NCBI GenBank assembly: GCA_951406725.2
Contig: OX597827.1
Span: 1,736,001-1,800,000, forward strand
DNA from: Octopus vulgaris
Lineage: Eukaryota
Reading direction: 5' to 3'
DNA: 64,000 nt
Shown here piece after piece: positions 13,061 through 25,490 of this stretch. Under the pieces are notes generated by a model. It had not been told where the DNA came from. It saw only the letters and a program-made list of their open reading frames with translations, and did not search any database. Made by a program: the position numbers and the translations under genes. Position 1 is the stretch's first letter; the number at the start of each line of letters is the position of its first letter.

Positions 13061-13479
13061 GACACTGCCACAGGTTGGCAGGCTGATGCCTGAGACTGGC
13101 ATCAATGTTAGGGGTTATGTGATCATGAAAATTTTCAACCATCCATTCCTGTGTTACTAGAGCCATGTGTGATAGTGCAGACTCTTACTGAAACACATAT
13201 GGCCTTCCATTGCATACACTGTCTATCTAGGTTTTAACACTTGTGTCCAGAACCCCAATGTAGGTGGCAGAGCTAACTCTAAGGCCTTGTGGGAGGAAGT
13301 ATGGAGGTATCACATGTCCTTCATTGCTGACAATCCCTAAAACTATGACACTTGCAGAAAATTTTGTATGCATAACACTTGGAACTTCAGAAAGGTCTGC
13401 ACACAACCTTCTATTATTTCTCCTATTAACGTTTTGATATTAGTCAAGGATTTTCTTATTTGAGATAAGCCAAATCAAA

Positions 13480-14030
13480 TCTTCTTCTGCTGGATTTTTC
13501 AGTTTGTTTAAGAGTCTTTTAGATGTGATGTAGTGATTTTCTTTTGCTTTTTCTGAGAAATTGACCTTTCCTCATCTTATAAGACTTATATCTGATGTCT
13601 TCATGGACAACATTCTTGACTGTTCCTTCTGATACATGGAGATCTTTTGCAATTGACCTCATGAACTTTCTGGGATTATAACCAAGGGTCTGTTAAGCTT
13701 GCTGAATAAATTCAATAGTTCTAATGATTTCAGAGCATTTAGAATGCTTTTTATGCTTTGATACTGGTGATACGTTTCCATCTTCAGTCTCTAACTCCTT
13801 ACAAACTTTGTAGACAAAAGTCTGGAAACTTTTAAAAAGTCGAGATATTCCTAAATTGCTATGCACAGCCTTTATAAGCACAATAACAGCATGCCTCTTC
13901 ATTTCTTAAGAAAGTTGAGGGTCTGCCATTATTATTTTCTCAAACAAAGATTATACAGAGTTAGCAAAAAATGTAGCAATGACCCGAAAAAGGTCAGTCC
14001 TCAAATACCTTAATGCACCTGTATACATAT
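13480..14030 (-). mobile_element. Tc1/mariner (maT/DD37D-like) N-terminal remnant
   Basis: ORF 13693-13902 (MKRHAVIV...FVYKVCKEL...KKHSKCSEIIRTIEFI) resembles the N-termini of the copies at 19.4 and 30.4 kb. Confidence 0.7.
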
Positions 14031-14387
14031 ATGTAACGGATGTAAATGAGCATTGCTGTCATACAAGCATGCATATATATATATATATATATATACATTA
14101 TATTATATATGTATATATATACACATATATACATACATACATACATAAATGTGGGGATCATTGCTGTCCATAGTAATCCAGACTGTTTCCAGGTCTTCTT
14201 AGCTTGTCCAGCTTCCCTCCTTCCTTCACACTGGATGTCTAACTCTTGTCTTGCAATGCTTTTTGGAGGTCTCCTGAGAGTGTCATCGATTCAACCCCAT
14301 TTCCTTTTCAGGATTTCTTTAAGGCAGCAACCTGGTAGACTCATTAGAGAATGAGACAAAATGCCTTGCAGTATTTCTTCAGTTTGT

Positions 14388-14800
14388 AGGCATAGGAGTG
14401 GCTGTGTGGTAAGTAGCTTGCTTACAAACCACATGGTTCCAGGTTCAGTCTCCCTGCGTGGCACCTTGGGCAAGTGTCTTCTACTATAGCCTTAGGCTGA
14501 CCAAAGCCTTGTGAGTGGATTTGGTAGATGGAAACTGAAAGAAGCCCATCATATATATGTATATATATATGTATGTGTGTGTATAAGTTTGTGTGTCTGT
14601 GTTTGTCACCCCAACATCACTTGACAACCGATGCTGGTGTGTTTATGTCCCCGTAACTTAGTGGTTCGGCAAAAGAGACTGATAGAATAAGTACTAGGCT
14701 TACAAAGAATAAGTCCTAGGGTCGATTTGCTCAGCTAAAGGTGATGCTCCAGCATGGCCACAGTCAAATGACTGAAATAAGTAAAAGCAAAGAGTAAAAG
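14388..14800 (+). mobile_element. SINE family A, full length
   Basis: Colinear with 6817-7278. Confidence 0.9.
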
Positions 14801-14870
14801 ATTACTGATGGAAGCTTGGTTCATTCTTTCCCACAGATTTGCAGTTTGAAATTCTGTTCAGCCAAAAGAC

Positions 14871-14980
14871 CTTTGGGGTGGAGCACAGGCATCTTTGGGG
14901 TGGAGCACAGACATCTTTGGGGTGGAGCACAGACATCTTTGGGGTGGAGCACAGACATCTTTGGGGTGGAGCACAGGCAT
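14871..14980 (+). repeat. 22-bp minisatellite, 5 copies
   Basis: ctttggggtggagcacagRcat repeated five times with no spacers. Confidence 0.95.
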
Positions 14981-15630
14981 CTGCTGATGAAGATCTGTCA
15001 CTTACATTTTATGGATTTGGTGACCCTCCAACTTTCTGACCTGTAATGAAGAACAGCTTCGAAGTTGGAATCAAAGATACAGATAATGTAGTTGTTGATA
15101 TTTGAAATCAACAGGATCGCCATGGCTGGATCCAGTTTGATCATAGATCTATAGGATAAGGATTGACCTGAGGCTAGACACAAACAACAAATGCTTTCTG
15201 TACTGTGGCCATCCACACCACCACCACCAACAACAACACCACCACCGACAACAACATCATCACAACCACCATTATCACCACCACCACCACCACCACCACT
15301 ACCACCACCACCACTACCACCATTCTCAATCAATTCACACAAATACATGCCTGAATAATGTTCAATCAGATTAATTTTGATGGCTAAGCTTAGAGATTAT
15401 CCTTACAACGTATATAGACTGACAGATTATTGTAGATATGCCGTGTTTGTGTGCTTATCACCAAAACATTGTCGCATTAAAAAGTAATGCTTGTGCGTGT
15501 GAAATTGAGCAGAAAGGATTACGTGTGTCTATGTAAGTAGAAGTATATGTAAGTGTGTGTGTGTGTGTGTGTATGTATGTACATGTGCGCGTGTTTGTTC
15601 ATCTGTATAATGCACACATGCATACACATG

Positions 15631-15676
<46 letters not shown>

Positions 15677-15714
15677 GAGAGAGAGAGAGGGAGAGAGAGA
15701 TACGTACATATATA

Positions 15715-15745
<31 letters not shown>

Positions 15746-15782
15746 GTATATAAGTATATATATATATATATACATATATGCA

Positions 15783-15824
<42 letters not shown>

Positions 15825-16644
15825 TATACATATACACACACACACAAATATATATTAATATGCATATATTTACATGATGGTACACATGCACACACACACA
15901 CACACATACACACACGTATATATATGTATATATATACAAGCACATACAAATATACGTAGATACATGAGGGTATTTTGTTGATGTTACGTGAGTGAAGATA
16001 TAGCTTTGTTGAAGCAGGAAGTAATAATTGTGGTAGAGATGGAAGGGGTAGCTGATGTGTGGGTGGTCGTGAGAGTCTGTATATATGCATACATGAGTAT
16101 GTATATATATATATAAATATATATATACACACACACACACACACAAACACACACATATATATATACATATATGGCACCTGTGCGGGTGGCACGTAAAAAG
16201 CACCCACTACACTCATGGAGTGGTTGGCATTAGGAAGGGCATCCAGCTGTAGAAACACTGCCAGATCTGACTGGCCTGATGCAGCCTCCTGGCTTCATAG
16301 ACCCCAGTTGAACCGTCCAACCAATGCTAGCATGGAGAGCGGACGCTAAATGATGATGATGATGATGATGATACATACATATATATATATACACATACAC
16401 ATGCATATATTACACACACACACATATATATATATATACATATACATACAAGCATATAAATATTTCTTTTATTTCTTTTATTTGTTTCAGTGAAATGGCT
16501 GTGGCCATGCTGTAGCGATTCAAGTGATGATAATTCCATGTGTTGGTACTCATTAACACTTGAAACTCTCAGCACTTGAGTCACTATGTCATTTCTGCTG
16601 ATTATTAACAAAATAATTCCATATATATATATTAATATGTTGAG

Positions 16645-16693
<49 letters not shown>

Positions 16694-16694
<1 letters not shown>

Positions 16695-16840
16695 AAGGTG
16701 CCTGGCTCACTGGGTAGAGTGTCGAGCTTACGATCGTGAGGTTGTGAGTTTGATTCCCAGACCGGGCTGCATGCTGTGTACTTGAGCAAGACATTTTATT
16801 TCACGTTGCTCCAGTTCACTCCAGCTGTAGAAATGAGTTG
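16694..16840 (+). mobile_element. tRNA-derived SINE, family C, 5' part
   Basis: A-box/B-box-like head tggctcactgggtag...gagtttgattccc. Related to 61836-62090. Confidence 0.75.
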
Positions 16841-16984
16841 CAGTTAAGTCTATGTCCAGTCATAGAGTGACCAATGGTTTTGTATCCATAAAGGGCTTAG
16901 TCCCTTGGATGACTTGTATATATATATATGTATGTATATATATATATATATATACACACATACACACACACACACACACACACG

Positions 16985-17025
<41 letters not shown>

Positions 17026-17615
17026 GTATATATATATACATGAGTGATTGGACAAATGATAGAATGGTTGGCACTCAACACATTTATTAGGAGTTACATG
17101 TGTGGATCAAATCAGGTTGACTGAAATTCCATCCTGCTTTAAGTTTCAAATCTTGTGAAGCTTATCGATGGGAGGTGGAAATCTGATTCCACTGCCTGAA
17201 GGAAAGCTTCACGAGCTTTAAGTGGCACGGAATTTGAATCAAACTGTTTTGATCTATGGCACATAAAAAGCACCATTTGAGCGTGATCGTTACCAGCACT
17301 GTTCATTACTAGCAATTATGCCGGTCACACATGAACAAAACATTCGAGCGAGGTCATTGCCAGTGCCACTGGACTGACTCCTGTGTAGGTGGCACGTAAA
17401 AAACACCATTTGAGTGTGGCCGTTGCCAGTACCGCCAGAATGGCCCTCGTGCTGGTGGCACATAAAAACACCCACTACACTCACGGAGTGGTTGGCGTTA
17501 GGAAGTGCATTCAGCTGTGGAAACTTTGCCAGATCAGATTGGAGTCTGGTGCAGCCAGTCCTCAGTCAAACCGGCCAACTTATGCCAGTGTGGAAAGCGG
17601 ATGTTAAACGACGAC

Positions 17616-17650
<35 letters not shown>

Positions 17651-17730
17651 GAGGAGAGAAGGGGCAAAGGCAGATTAACAAAAACACAGACAGAGGGAAG
17701 TGAGAGGTTAGGACAGACATATATATATAT

Positions 17731-17957
17731 ATTTATTTATATGCAGTTAAGTCTATGTCCAGTCATAGAGTGACCAATGGTTTTGTATCCATAAAGGGCT
17801 TCGTCCCTTGGATGACTTGTCAGACTCTAAAGCCAAACGCATATAATTCTTCAACTCAGAGTCTGATGAGTCATCCAAGGGGCCAAAACCCTTTTATGGA
17901 TGCAAGACCACTGGTCACTCTCTGACCGGACATTGATTTAACTGCAAATAAATAAAT
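17731..17957. mobile_element. Foldback element with a type I hammerhead in each arm
   Basis: About 98-bp inverted arms and a 29-bp spacer. Consensus AGAGT-CTGATGA-GTC..GAC-GAAA-CC..GGTC-ACTCT at 17767-17828 (-) and 17858-17921 (+). Confidence 0.75.
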
Positions 17958-18646
17958 TACTACCCTATTCTTTAGAGTGTGCTTCTTTTGTGGATATATG
18001 CTACACTGACCATCTCTCCCTCTCTGTCTATATATATATATATATACACACACAACTATTTATAGTCATCTAAACATATACAAAAACACTCATATATGAA
18101 CATACATTTATATGTAAATATGTACATGTCTATACAAAAATAACAAGAACACACACATACACACACATGCATGCATGCATAAAAACACACACACACGCAT
18201 GCATATACTCATACACATGCGTACACACACACACACACACATTTACATATATCCATAAATGATTTCCTCTTACTAATTCCATTAGTGTTCTCACCAACTT
18301 GAGCATTAACGAGTAAACTTCATTTAGTTCCGTTGACAACACTACAGGGTTCGGCCCAACACAACTGACTCTATTTAAGCACAGCATTATACACCACACC
18401 TCAATTCCATTCTTCCAAACAGTAATTAACATATATTAATTTATTGGCCAGATTATTACCTTACTTACATAACCAGCTTCTTACACACACATTCTCCCTT
18501 ACCTTTGTTTCTTTTAATTGAATTAGACAAGGGGACTTGATGGTTTTTTTATGGTTAAGCTTGTGGTGTTGGTGGTGGTGGTGGTTGTGATTGTGGCTGT
18601 GAGTCACAATTAGAGTCGTTGCCTTTAAAAATTACCTTTGATAATG

Positions 18647-18689
<43 letters not shown>

Positions 18690-18738
18690 TGATGATGATG
18701 ATGATGATGATGAGGATGATAATAATAATAATAATTAC

Positions 18739-18784
<46 letters not shown>

Positions 18785-19399
18785 TTAGTCCTTTTATTTC
18801 TTTGTTGTTGTTGTTGTTGCTGCTGTTGGTGATGATGATGTTGTTGTGCTTCTAGTTGGTTATCATTACAAAAATATTACAATATATACAGGAATATATA
18901 AGTGTTGTATATGTGTGTGTATGTGTTTGTGTGTGTGTTCACATATATATGTATGTATGAATTTATACATATATATATATACACACACACACACGCACAC
19001 ACACACACACACACAAATGTAACTATAAGTGGACTGTTGGTGACTTTTTTCCTCCTTCTCCTTCTCCTTTTGGACTTTCCCGTGTCCCCTGTTTCCAAAG
19101 AAGAGCTTTACTCAAAACATAAAGCAGCCACTCTTTCTTTCCTACAAACTAATACTTTGCATTTACCACGTATTCACGTTGTTGTTTTTTTTCTTGTTGT
19201 CCTTTTTCTTAATTTTTTTATTAACTATGTGTGTGTGTGTGTGTGTGTGTGTACTCATATATATATATTCATATACATACATATATGCATACATTGTTGG
19301 CATTTCATATTTTAAATTTTGTGCATGCACATAGTTTGTATTTAGTTTTTATCAACTACACAGTATAGTAGGGACAGTTGGGCACTGTCTGTCAGAAAA

Positions 19400-20530
19400 A
19401 ACAGCACAATGAAGCAATTCGCTCTGCCAAAATTTGGAAACAACACGTATGTACCTGCTTAGCATTCACACCAGATACAAATATTTCAGAGCGTTTGGAT
19501 GTCAATCTGGGGATTCTGCAGAGGATTCAGAAAGAGGGGGATGAGTCTAATGGTGATTTCAAAGGTATGGCAGCTCAGAAAACTCACTCTGATCATTCTG
19601 ATAAGAAATGAACTCCTGAATTTCTTAGTGAGATCCAGGTCAGGATTGACGATCCCTACAAATGGATCAGGTCCATTGCCAAGAAGGTGGGAATGTCTGA
19701 ATTTCTTATCAGGCAGGTAGTGCATGAAGACATTTGGTATTCCTTATGCGAAAGAGACCAGATGAGAAAGGAGCCAGTCTTTATCCCAAGCCATCAAGGA
19801 CAAGAGGAAAGACCATGCTACAAAGCTTTTGAACAAACTCAAGCTTCCCTTACAACTGAACATGCTTTGCCAGGATCAGATGGTGAACACACAGAACAAC
19901 CGTTGGCTTGCCATGTCCCCAAAACATGTATCGAGGGTGATAAAATCCAAACATCCAGTCAACATCATGGTGTTTGGAGTGATCACTAGTGATTGTGATG
20001 TTATGCCTTCATTCATCTTCCCACACGGCCTCAGACTCAACACAAGGCCTACATCAAGTGCTTGGTGGAGGTAGTGCTGCTCTGGGTCAAGAGGGTGGCT
20101 GCTGGAAGACCCTGTGTCTGGTAACAGGACTCCACACCATGCCTCACATGCAGGAGAACCCAGTCATGGTTGTCAGACAATTTCTGCGACCACATCACTC
20201 CTAACATCTAACCACCTAATTCCTCAGGTCGCAACCACCTTGATTTTTATGTGTGGGACTCAGTTGAACAAAAGACAAAAAAAAAACTCCTTGTAACACA
20301 AAGGAAGAACTGAAGGCAAGGATTAAGCAGCAGTCATCAATTTAAACAAGGAAACCATCCAGAAGAGTGGCAGGAGATTCCAAATTTGTCTGGAGGCTGT
20401 GCTTGAAGCCAATGATTTTATTCAATAAATTTACTCTTTAATATTTCAAGATATTTTTACGTAAATTTGGTAAATATATCCATTAAAATGAGATGTCAGT
20501 GCAATTGTCCTCTTTGTGTAATTTAGATGA
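19400..20530 (+). mobile_element. Decayed maT (DD37D)-like transposon
   Basis: NTQNNRWLA, KHPVNIMVFGVITSD.DVMP.FIFPHGLRLN and a QDS.P.H-like segment. Frameshifted. Confidence 0.85.
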
Positions 20531-20566
20531 CACATATATATACATATTTATATACATATATACACA

Positions 20567-20618
<52 letters not shown>

Positions 20619-20659
20619 CATACATACATATATATATATAGTGAGAATTTACAAAAAAA

Positions 20660-20970
20660 AAAAAAGACGAAGACAACATGGTATTGCTTCCACACCCAGA
20701 TTTAACACCTGCAGACTTCCATCTCTTCCCAAAGAGGAAGATGCTGCTCAAAAGTTGCTGTCTTAATACCATTGTTGAGATCAAGAGCAAATTGCAGAAA
20801 GTCCTTAACACACAGAAAATGACTTCTAGGTCAGATTACAAAAGTAGGAGAAATGCTGGCCCTGTGCGAGGTGGCTATTTCGAAGGAAATGAGGTTTTAA
20901 ACTTTGGTAAATAAGCTAATTTTATTTATTAAACATAACTTGTCCATGAATTTTTTGATACCATCTCATA
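20660..20970 (+). mobile_element. Mariner 3' fragment
   Basis: [16 protein letters not shown] and GGYFEG C-terminal motifs. Confidence 0.75.
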
Positions 20971-21450
20971 TATATATATATATATCATCATCGTCATCGT
21001 CGTCATCATCATTTAACGTTTGCTTTCCATATGCAGGCATATATATAAATAAATCATCATCATCAGCTGTACCAGCTTTAGCAGCAGCAGCAGCAGCAGT
21101 ATCAGCATCAGCATCACTTAACTTTTGCCCTTCTTGCTGGGTTGGACAGTTTGACAGGATGCCTCTAACCAGAGGACAGAGTTGAGCTCAAATGTCTGCT
21201 TAGGAATAATTTCTAAGACCTGATGCTGTTCCTTATGTCAGGAGCCTTTTCCATAAGACCAGCACCAGTGAGGTCCCTTTTTAGCTTGCAACACACAGAG
21301 AAAGATAAAGAAGAAGGGAACCCCTTCAACTGAGTGAGGTTGCAGTGGAAAGAGGTGGGGTGAGGGGGCTTTATGCTAGGTATTGAGAGTCTAAAGCATG
21401 ATAGAGGGACAAGTAGAGGAGTCTTCCTATAAAAGAGTTACATAGCTACC

Positions 21451-22230
21451 CAGCACTGGATTAACCATTAAATAAAATAAGAACATGTTTTGGGCATAAA
21501 GTGAAGGGGTAGGGGGCACCATAGAAATGTAAATGATTTATGGCACAAAAAAAAAAGAAAAATCACCTTAAATCTGCTAAAATAATTGTGAAGCATTCAT
21601 GGTGTCATAGTGAGGATCTGATCAAAGATCTTGCAATCAAAATGAGTAAGAGAAAACTTTTCAAATATAAACAAAGGGAAATATACAAACGTGAATATTA
21701 TTTTCCATCTTTTTGTTAGTTTTGCTTCATTATGAAAATGAAAAGTTTATTTCATAGTTTATTATTGTTTATAATTGTTTATATTTTGAATTATATATAT
21801 TTGGGGGTCACTAAATTCTTTTAAGTGCTTAGGGCCTCTATGGGTCTTAATCTGGCCCTGACCTTACGTAATGTACTCCTAGATACACTATGCACAAAAG
21901 AAATCATTTTAAAACACAAAAGAAATCACTTTAGATTTGTTAAAATAATATTCGAAGTGGTTTATATGATCAGAAATATAATTTCCAAGTGTCCATGGTG
22001 AAATAGCAAGGCTTTAATCAAAGACTTCGCAATTAAAAAAAGTAGGAAAAAACTTTTCAAATATAAATTAAGTGGAAATATTAAAAAACAAACATTATTT
22101 TCAATCTTATTGTTAGTTTTGTTTCACTTTGAAAATTAAAAAAATTATTTTATGGTTATTGTTGTTTATATTTTGAATTTCATATGTATATAGGAGCACC
22201 AAAATCTTTAAAGTGTTTAGGGCTTCTGTG
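21451..22230 (+). mobile_element. hAT-type non-autonomous element followed by a diverged partial copy
   Basis: Imperfect TIRs cagcactggattaa (21451) and ttaatctggccctg (ends 21860). 21920-22230 realigns to 21560-21845. Confidence 0.6.
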
Positions 22231-23529
22231 GATACGTGACACTACTTAGGAATGGACGGTAACAGCTGGGAAGAAGAAGACTAAGATGTTGTTGGTAGTG
22301 TCAGAGCATAGTTTCAAGTAACGAGACGGTGAGTATAAGAAGAATATAGACAAAGGATTGGAGAGGTGTGGATAAATAGGTTCAGATTAGTGTGAGAAAA
22401 GAGTAACAGGGGATTTGAGATTGAGTGGTCTCAAATCCACCCAGTCTCAAATTTTCTGTAGTGAATGATACACAAGGGTGATGTTGTTGAAGATAGATAT
22501 CAGTATTAAGGAAGGAGGTAAAATGAAATAGCTCAGGTGAGAAGAGACAGTACAAGGCAGGTGAAGGGCAGCAGTTTAATAAACGTGTAGCTACATAAGA
22601 AAATCGGCAAAACTCCCTTGACAGATCAGAGAATAGGAGGAGAAGGATGAGTGAAGTGGGAGAGTAGAGGAAGAGAGAAAGATGTATAGGGACAGAGATG
22701 GAGGTATGAGCTAAGGAGTTGTGGCTACAGTGAGTGGGGGACAAAGGTGAATGGGAGGGTGGGGCTTTGAGATGGGGGCAGTATCTATCTGTAGCAGAAA
22801 TCCACATTTAGTGATTCCACTACAGCTACTAGACACTAAATTTCCATAACCAATAAATTTCTGTGCTTTTTAACTCTATACATTTCTAAGAGATGTTATC
22901 TTGAGTCGAATACTGCAGTTTCCAGGCTTTCTACATTATATGTTTTAAGTATGATATGCATAAAGCTATTTTGAAATAAAACTGCTTTCATTGCTAAAAA
23001 CGTATTTTTACCCTGCTTGCTGGCTAATTGCAACACAAGTGGTTCATTATTTACTGTTTTTCTTGATCAGTAGAGACTACAATTGTCATAGTACATGGCT
23101 GCTAACAGACACTTGCTCCTGATGATGCTCAAAAATGCAGAAATAAGTAGTTAGCAATTTCACTATTGCTGCTAAGACATTATTTTGTCTGCTACTGATA
23201 TGTTTCTGTGTTTTTTAACACTGTATGTCTATGAGGTACTTTCTTGAGACAAATACCAGAGTTTTCAGGCTTTCTGCAGTATATCTGCATTGTGTATGAT
23301 ACAGAGAACACTAAAACCGATTCTGTAATTAATAACGAAAACACACACATACACACACACGCACACATGCACACACACATACGCACACACACACACACAC
23401 ACAAATACACATGTACAAACATGTATACCATCATCATCATTATTTTATATATGTATGTATGTATATATGTATGTATGTGTGTGTGTATGCATGCATACAT
23501 GTATGTATGTATAAGATCCAAAAGTTATC

Positions 23530-24540
23530 AGTAGGTGTGTAAATGGATATAGCTGATCATGATGGACATATTGAGAAACTAACAGAAATATCAGATAGGG
23601 TTTTGGTAAATTTCATGGTTGGGTGAAAGGAGTTAATGAAGTAGATAAAATTGTTGAGCTGTTGCTTGACAAGGGTGATGGTGTTGACAAAATTGTCAAT
23701 ATTATACGTCCCGCATTATGATGAGGTATTTCATCATCTGCTTGACTGGCCCTTATGGTGTATCTCACCAACTGATCCTGCTTCCTGTGTCTGTCCATTA
23801 TTTATCAGTAGTGGAACAGCCTACTTCTCACTTAGGGTGTCTGCTGCAACACCTTCCCCTTTTGGGATTTTTGTCGTTTTCTTTCACCTAACATTATTTT
23901 CTTCAGAATGCTGCAGGTAGTACCAGTCTACATCGTTTGCTGTGACCTGACAGAATTCCTACAAATGGATTTATATTATTTCCTCACTGTGTTTAGTTCA
24001 GTTCTGTGTTAGAGTTCCAGTTTTATCAGACATTTTTTCTTCAACGGCTTTTTTCAATAGAATTTATATATTTTCCACTGTGGTATAGTATTTTTCACTG
24101 TGTAGTTCAGTTCCTTCTTCAACAGGATTTATTTTTCCCAACATGTGTGCGAATCCTCATTGCCACTGATATGTCCTGCATTATGACGATGTATTTCATT
24201 GTCTGTGTGACTGGACCATACAGCCAAGTGACCCTGCTTGCTGTGTCTGTAGTGGAACAGCACACTTCTCACTGGGGGGTGTTTGCCACAATACAATATA
24301 ATGACCATATGGTGTTAATTTAATGACCATACTGGAATGAGTCTGATAAATTGAGCAAATATTTGCTGCTCAGTTTGGCCTACAAAGAGGTTGGCATAAT
24401 TAGGGCCCATCTTAGTTCCCATAGTGGTACCACTGGTCTGTTTATAAAATTCCCTAGAGAAAGAAAATCATTTAAGAGTTAGGATGAGCTCTGCTCGGTG
24501 GAAGAGTGCAGTAGTGGTGGATACATGTAGGGGGGGATGC
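23530..24540 (-). mobile_element. Penelope-like element reverse transcriptase remnant
   Basis: FYKQTSGTTMGTKMGPNYANLFVG (motif B), YGHYIDN (motif C, split by an insertion) and FINSFHPTMKFT...VSFLN. Confidence 0.85.
23702..24293 (-). mobile_element. TRIM-like miniature LTR retrotransposon
   Basis: Direct repeats 24167-24293 and 23702-23851. PBS-like TGGCAATGAGGAT after the 5' LTR, PPT AAAAGGGGAAGG before the 3' LTR. 5-bp TSD caata at 23697-23701 and 24294-24298. No ORF. Confidence 0.8.
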
Positions 24541-24721
24541 TCTTTGAAATGTTGGTGGGCTCAGATCCTGTGGAGGTCAACTTCGTCTTTCATACTTTCA
24601 AAGTCTAAAAAGATTTTTCCAGTTGAACATTGGTGGAGCAGGGTCTTGATGTAATTGACTTCACTCTCCTTTTAAAAAGATTACTGGTCTTGTGTGAAAA
24701 TGTGAAACCATTCTTCTTCTT

Positions 24722-24849
<128 letters not shown>

Positions 24850-25045
24850 CATTCCACTGATGTTAGATTTTGGTGCTAATTTCTGCTGGGTTCAATGCAG
24901 CAGTCATCCCTTCAACTAACATATATTTATTGAAACTCTGCCCCCACCCTCTCTCTCTCTGTCTCACACACACACACGTGTGTGTGTGTATATACATACA
25001 TACATATATACATGTATACATACATATATGTACATACGTAAATAT

Positions 25046-25087
<42 letters not shown>

Positions 25088-25119
25088 TCATATATTTTGT
25101 GCTAACTACTCTTTCACAT

Positions 25120-25208
25120 TCATTTATACCTCACCCGTTTGTTACCCGGTACACGTCTATATTTCAAAGACGGGTGATACGTGTTAGTACGTCTACGTGC
25201 GCACGCGC

Positions 25209-25268
<60 letters not shown>

Positions 25269-25490
25269 GGTGGAAATTTACTCTCCTGCCTCTGAGTACC
25301 CTTTGTATTAACACGTTTCAGTTTGTTTTAAAACTGAGAACGTGTATTCACCTCTCAATGTTAGGTTAACGGACAATAAATTAATTTCATTTATTATTTC
25401 CATTGTTCGAATCCTAAATCTAATTATACCTGTACGAGTTATTTCCCTTACATTCTATCTTTTTTTTTTCAAGTTTCCGGTAAGTAAAAG
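25120..25490 (-). promoter_or_regulatory. Candidate promoter and non-coding first exon of a minus-strand gene
   Basis: CpG cluster next to (GA)n. Minus-strand donor CGG|GTGAGG at 25135/25134. ETS-like ttccgg at 25475-25480. CpG depletion starts to the left. Confidence 0.35.

Larger units (their letters stand above)
14150..15210 (-). mobile_element. Old RTE-like LINE remnant interrupted by a SINE and a minisatellite
   Basis: IFDSNFEAVLHYRSESW (cf. LLYGSETW) and KWG.IDDTLRRP...GQAKKTW segments on the minus strand. Confidence 0.7.

Noticed and set aside
14871-14980. CRISPR-like repeat array
   Set aside because: Units are contiguous with no unique spacers, there are no cas genes, and the context is eukaryotic.
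14984-15000. CTGATGA hammerhead core
   Set aside because: No stem II or GAAA follows.
18130-18432. 100-aa minus-strand ORF with complex N-terminal half
   Set aside because: No recognisable domain or convincing splice sites, and it runs into a microsatellite. More likely non-coding.
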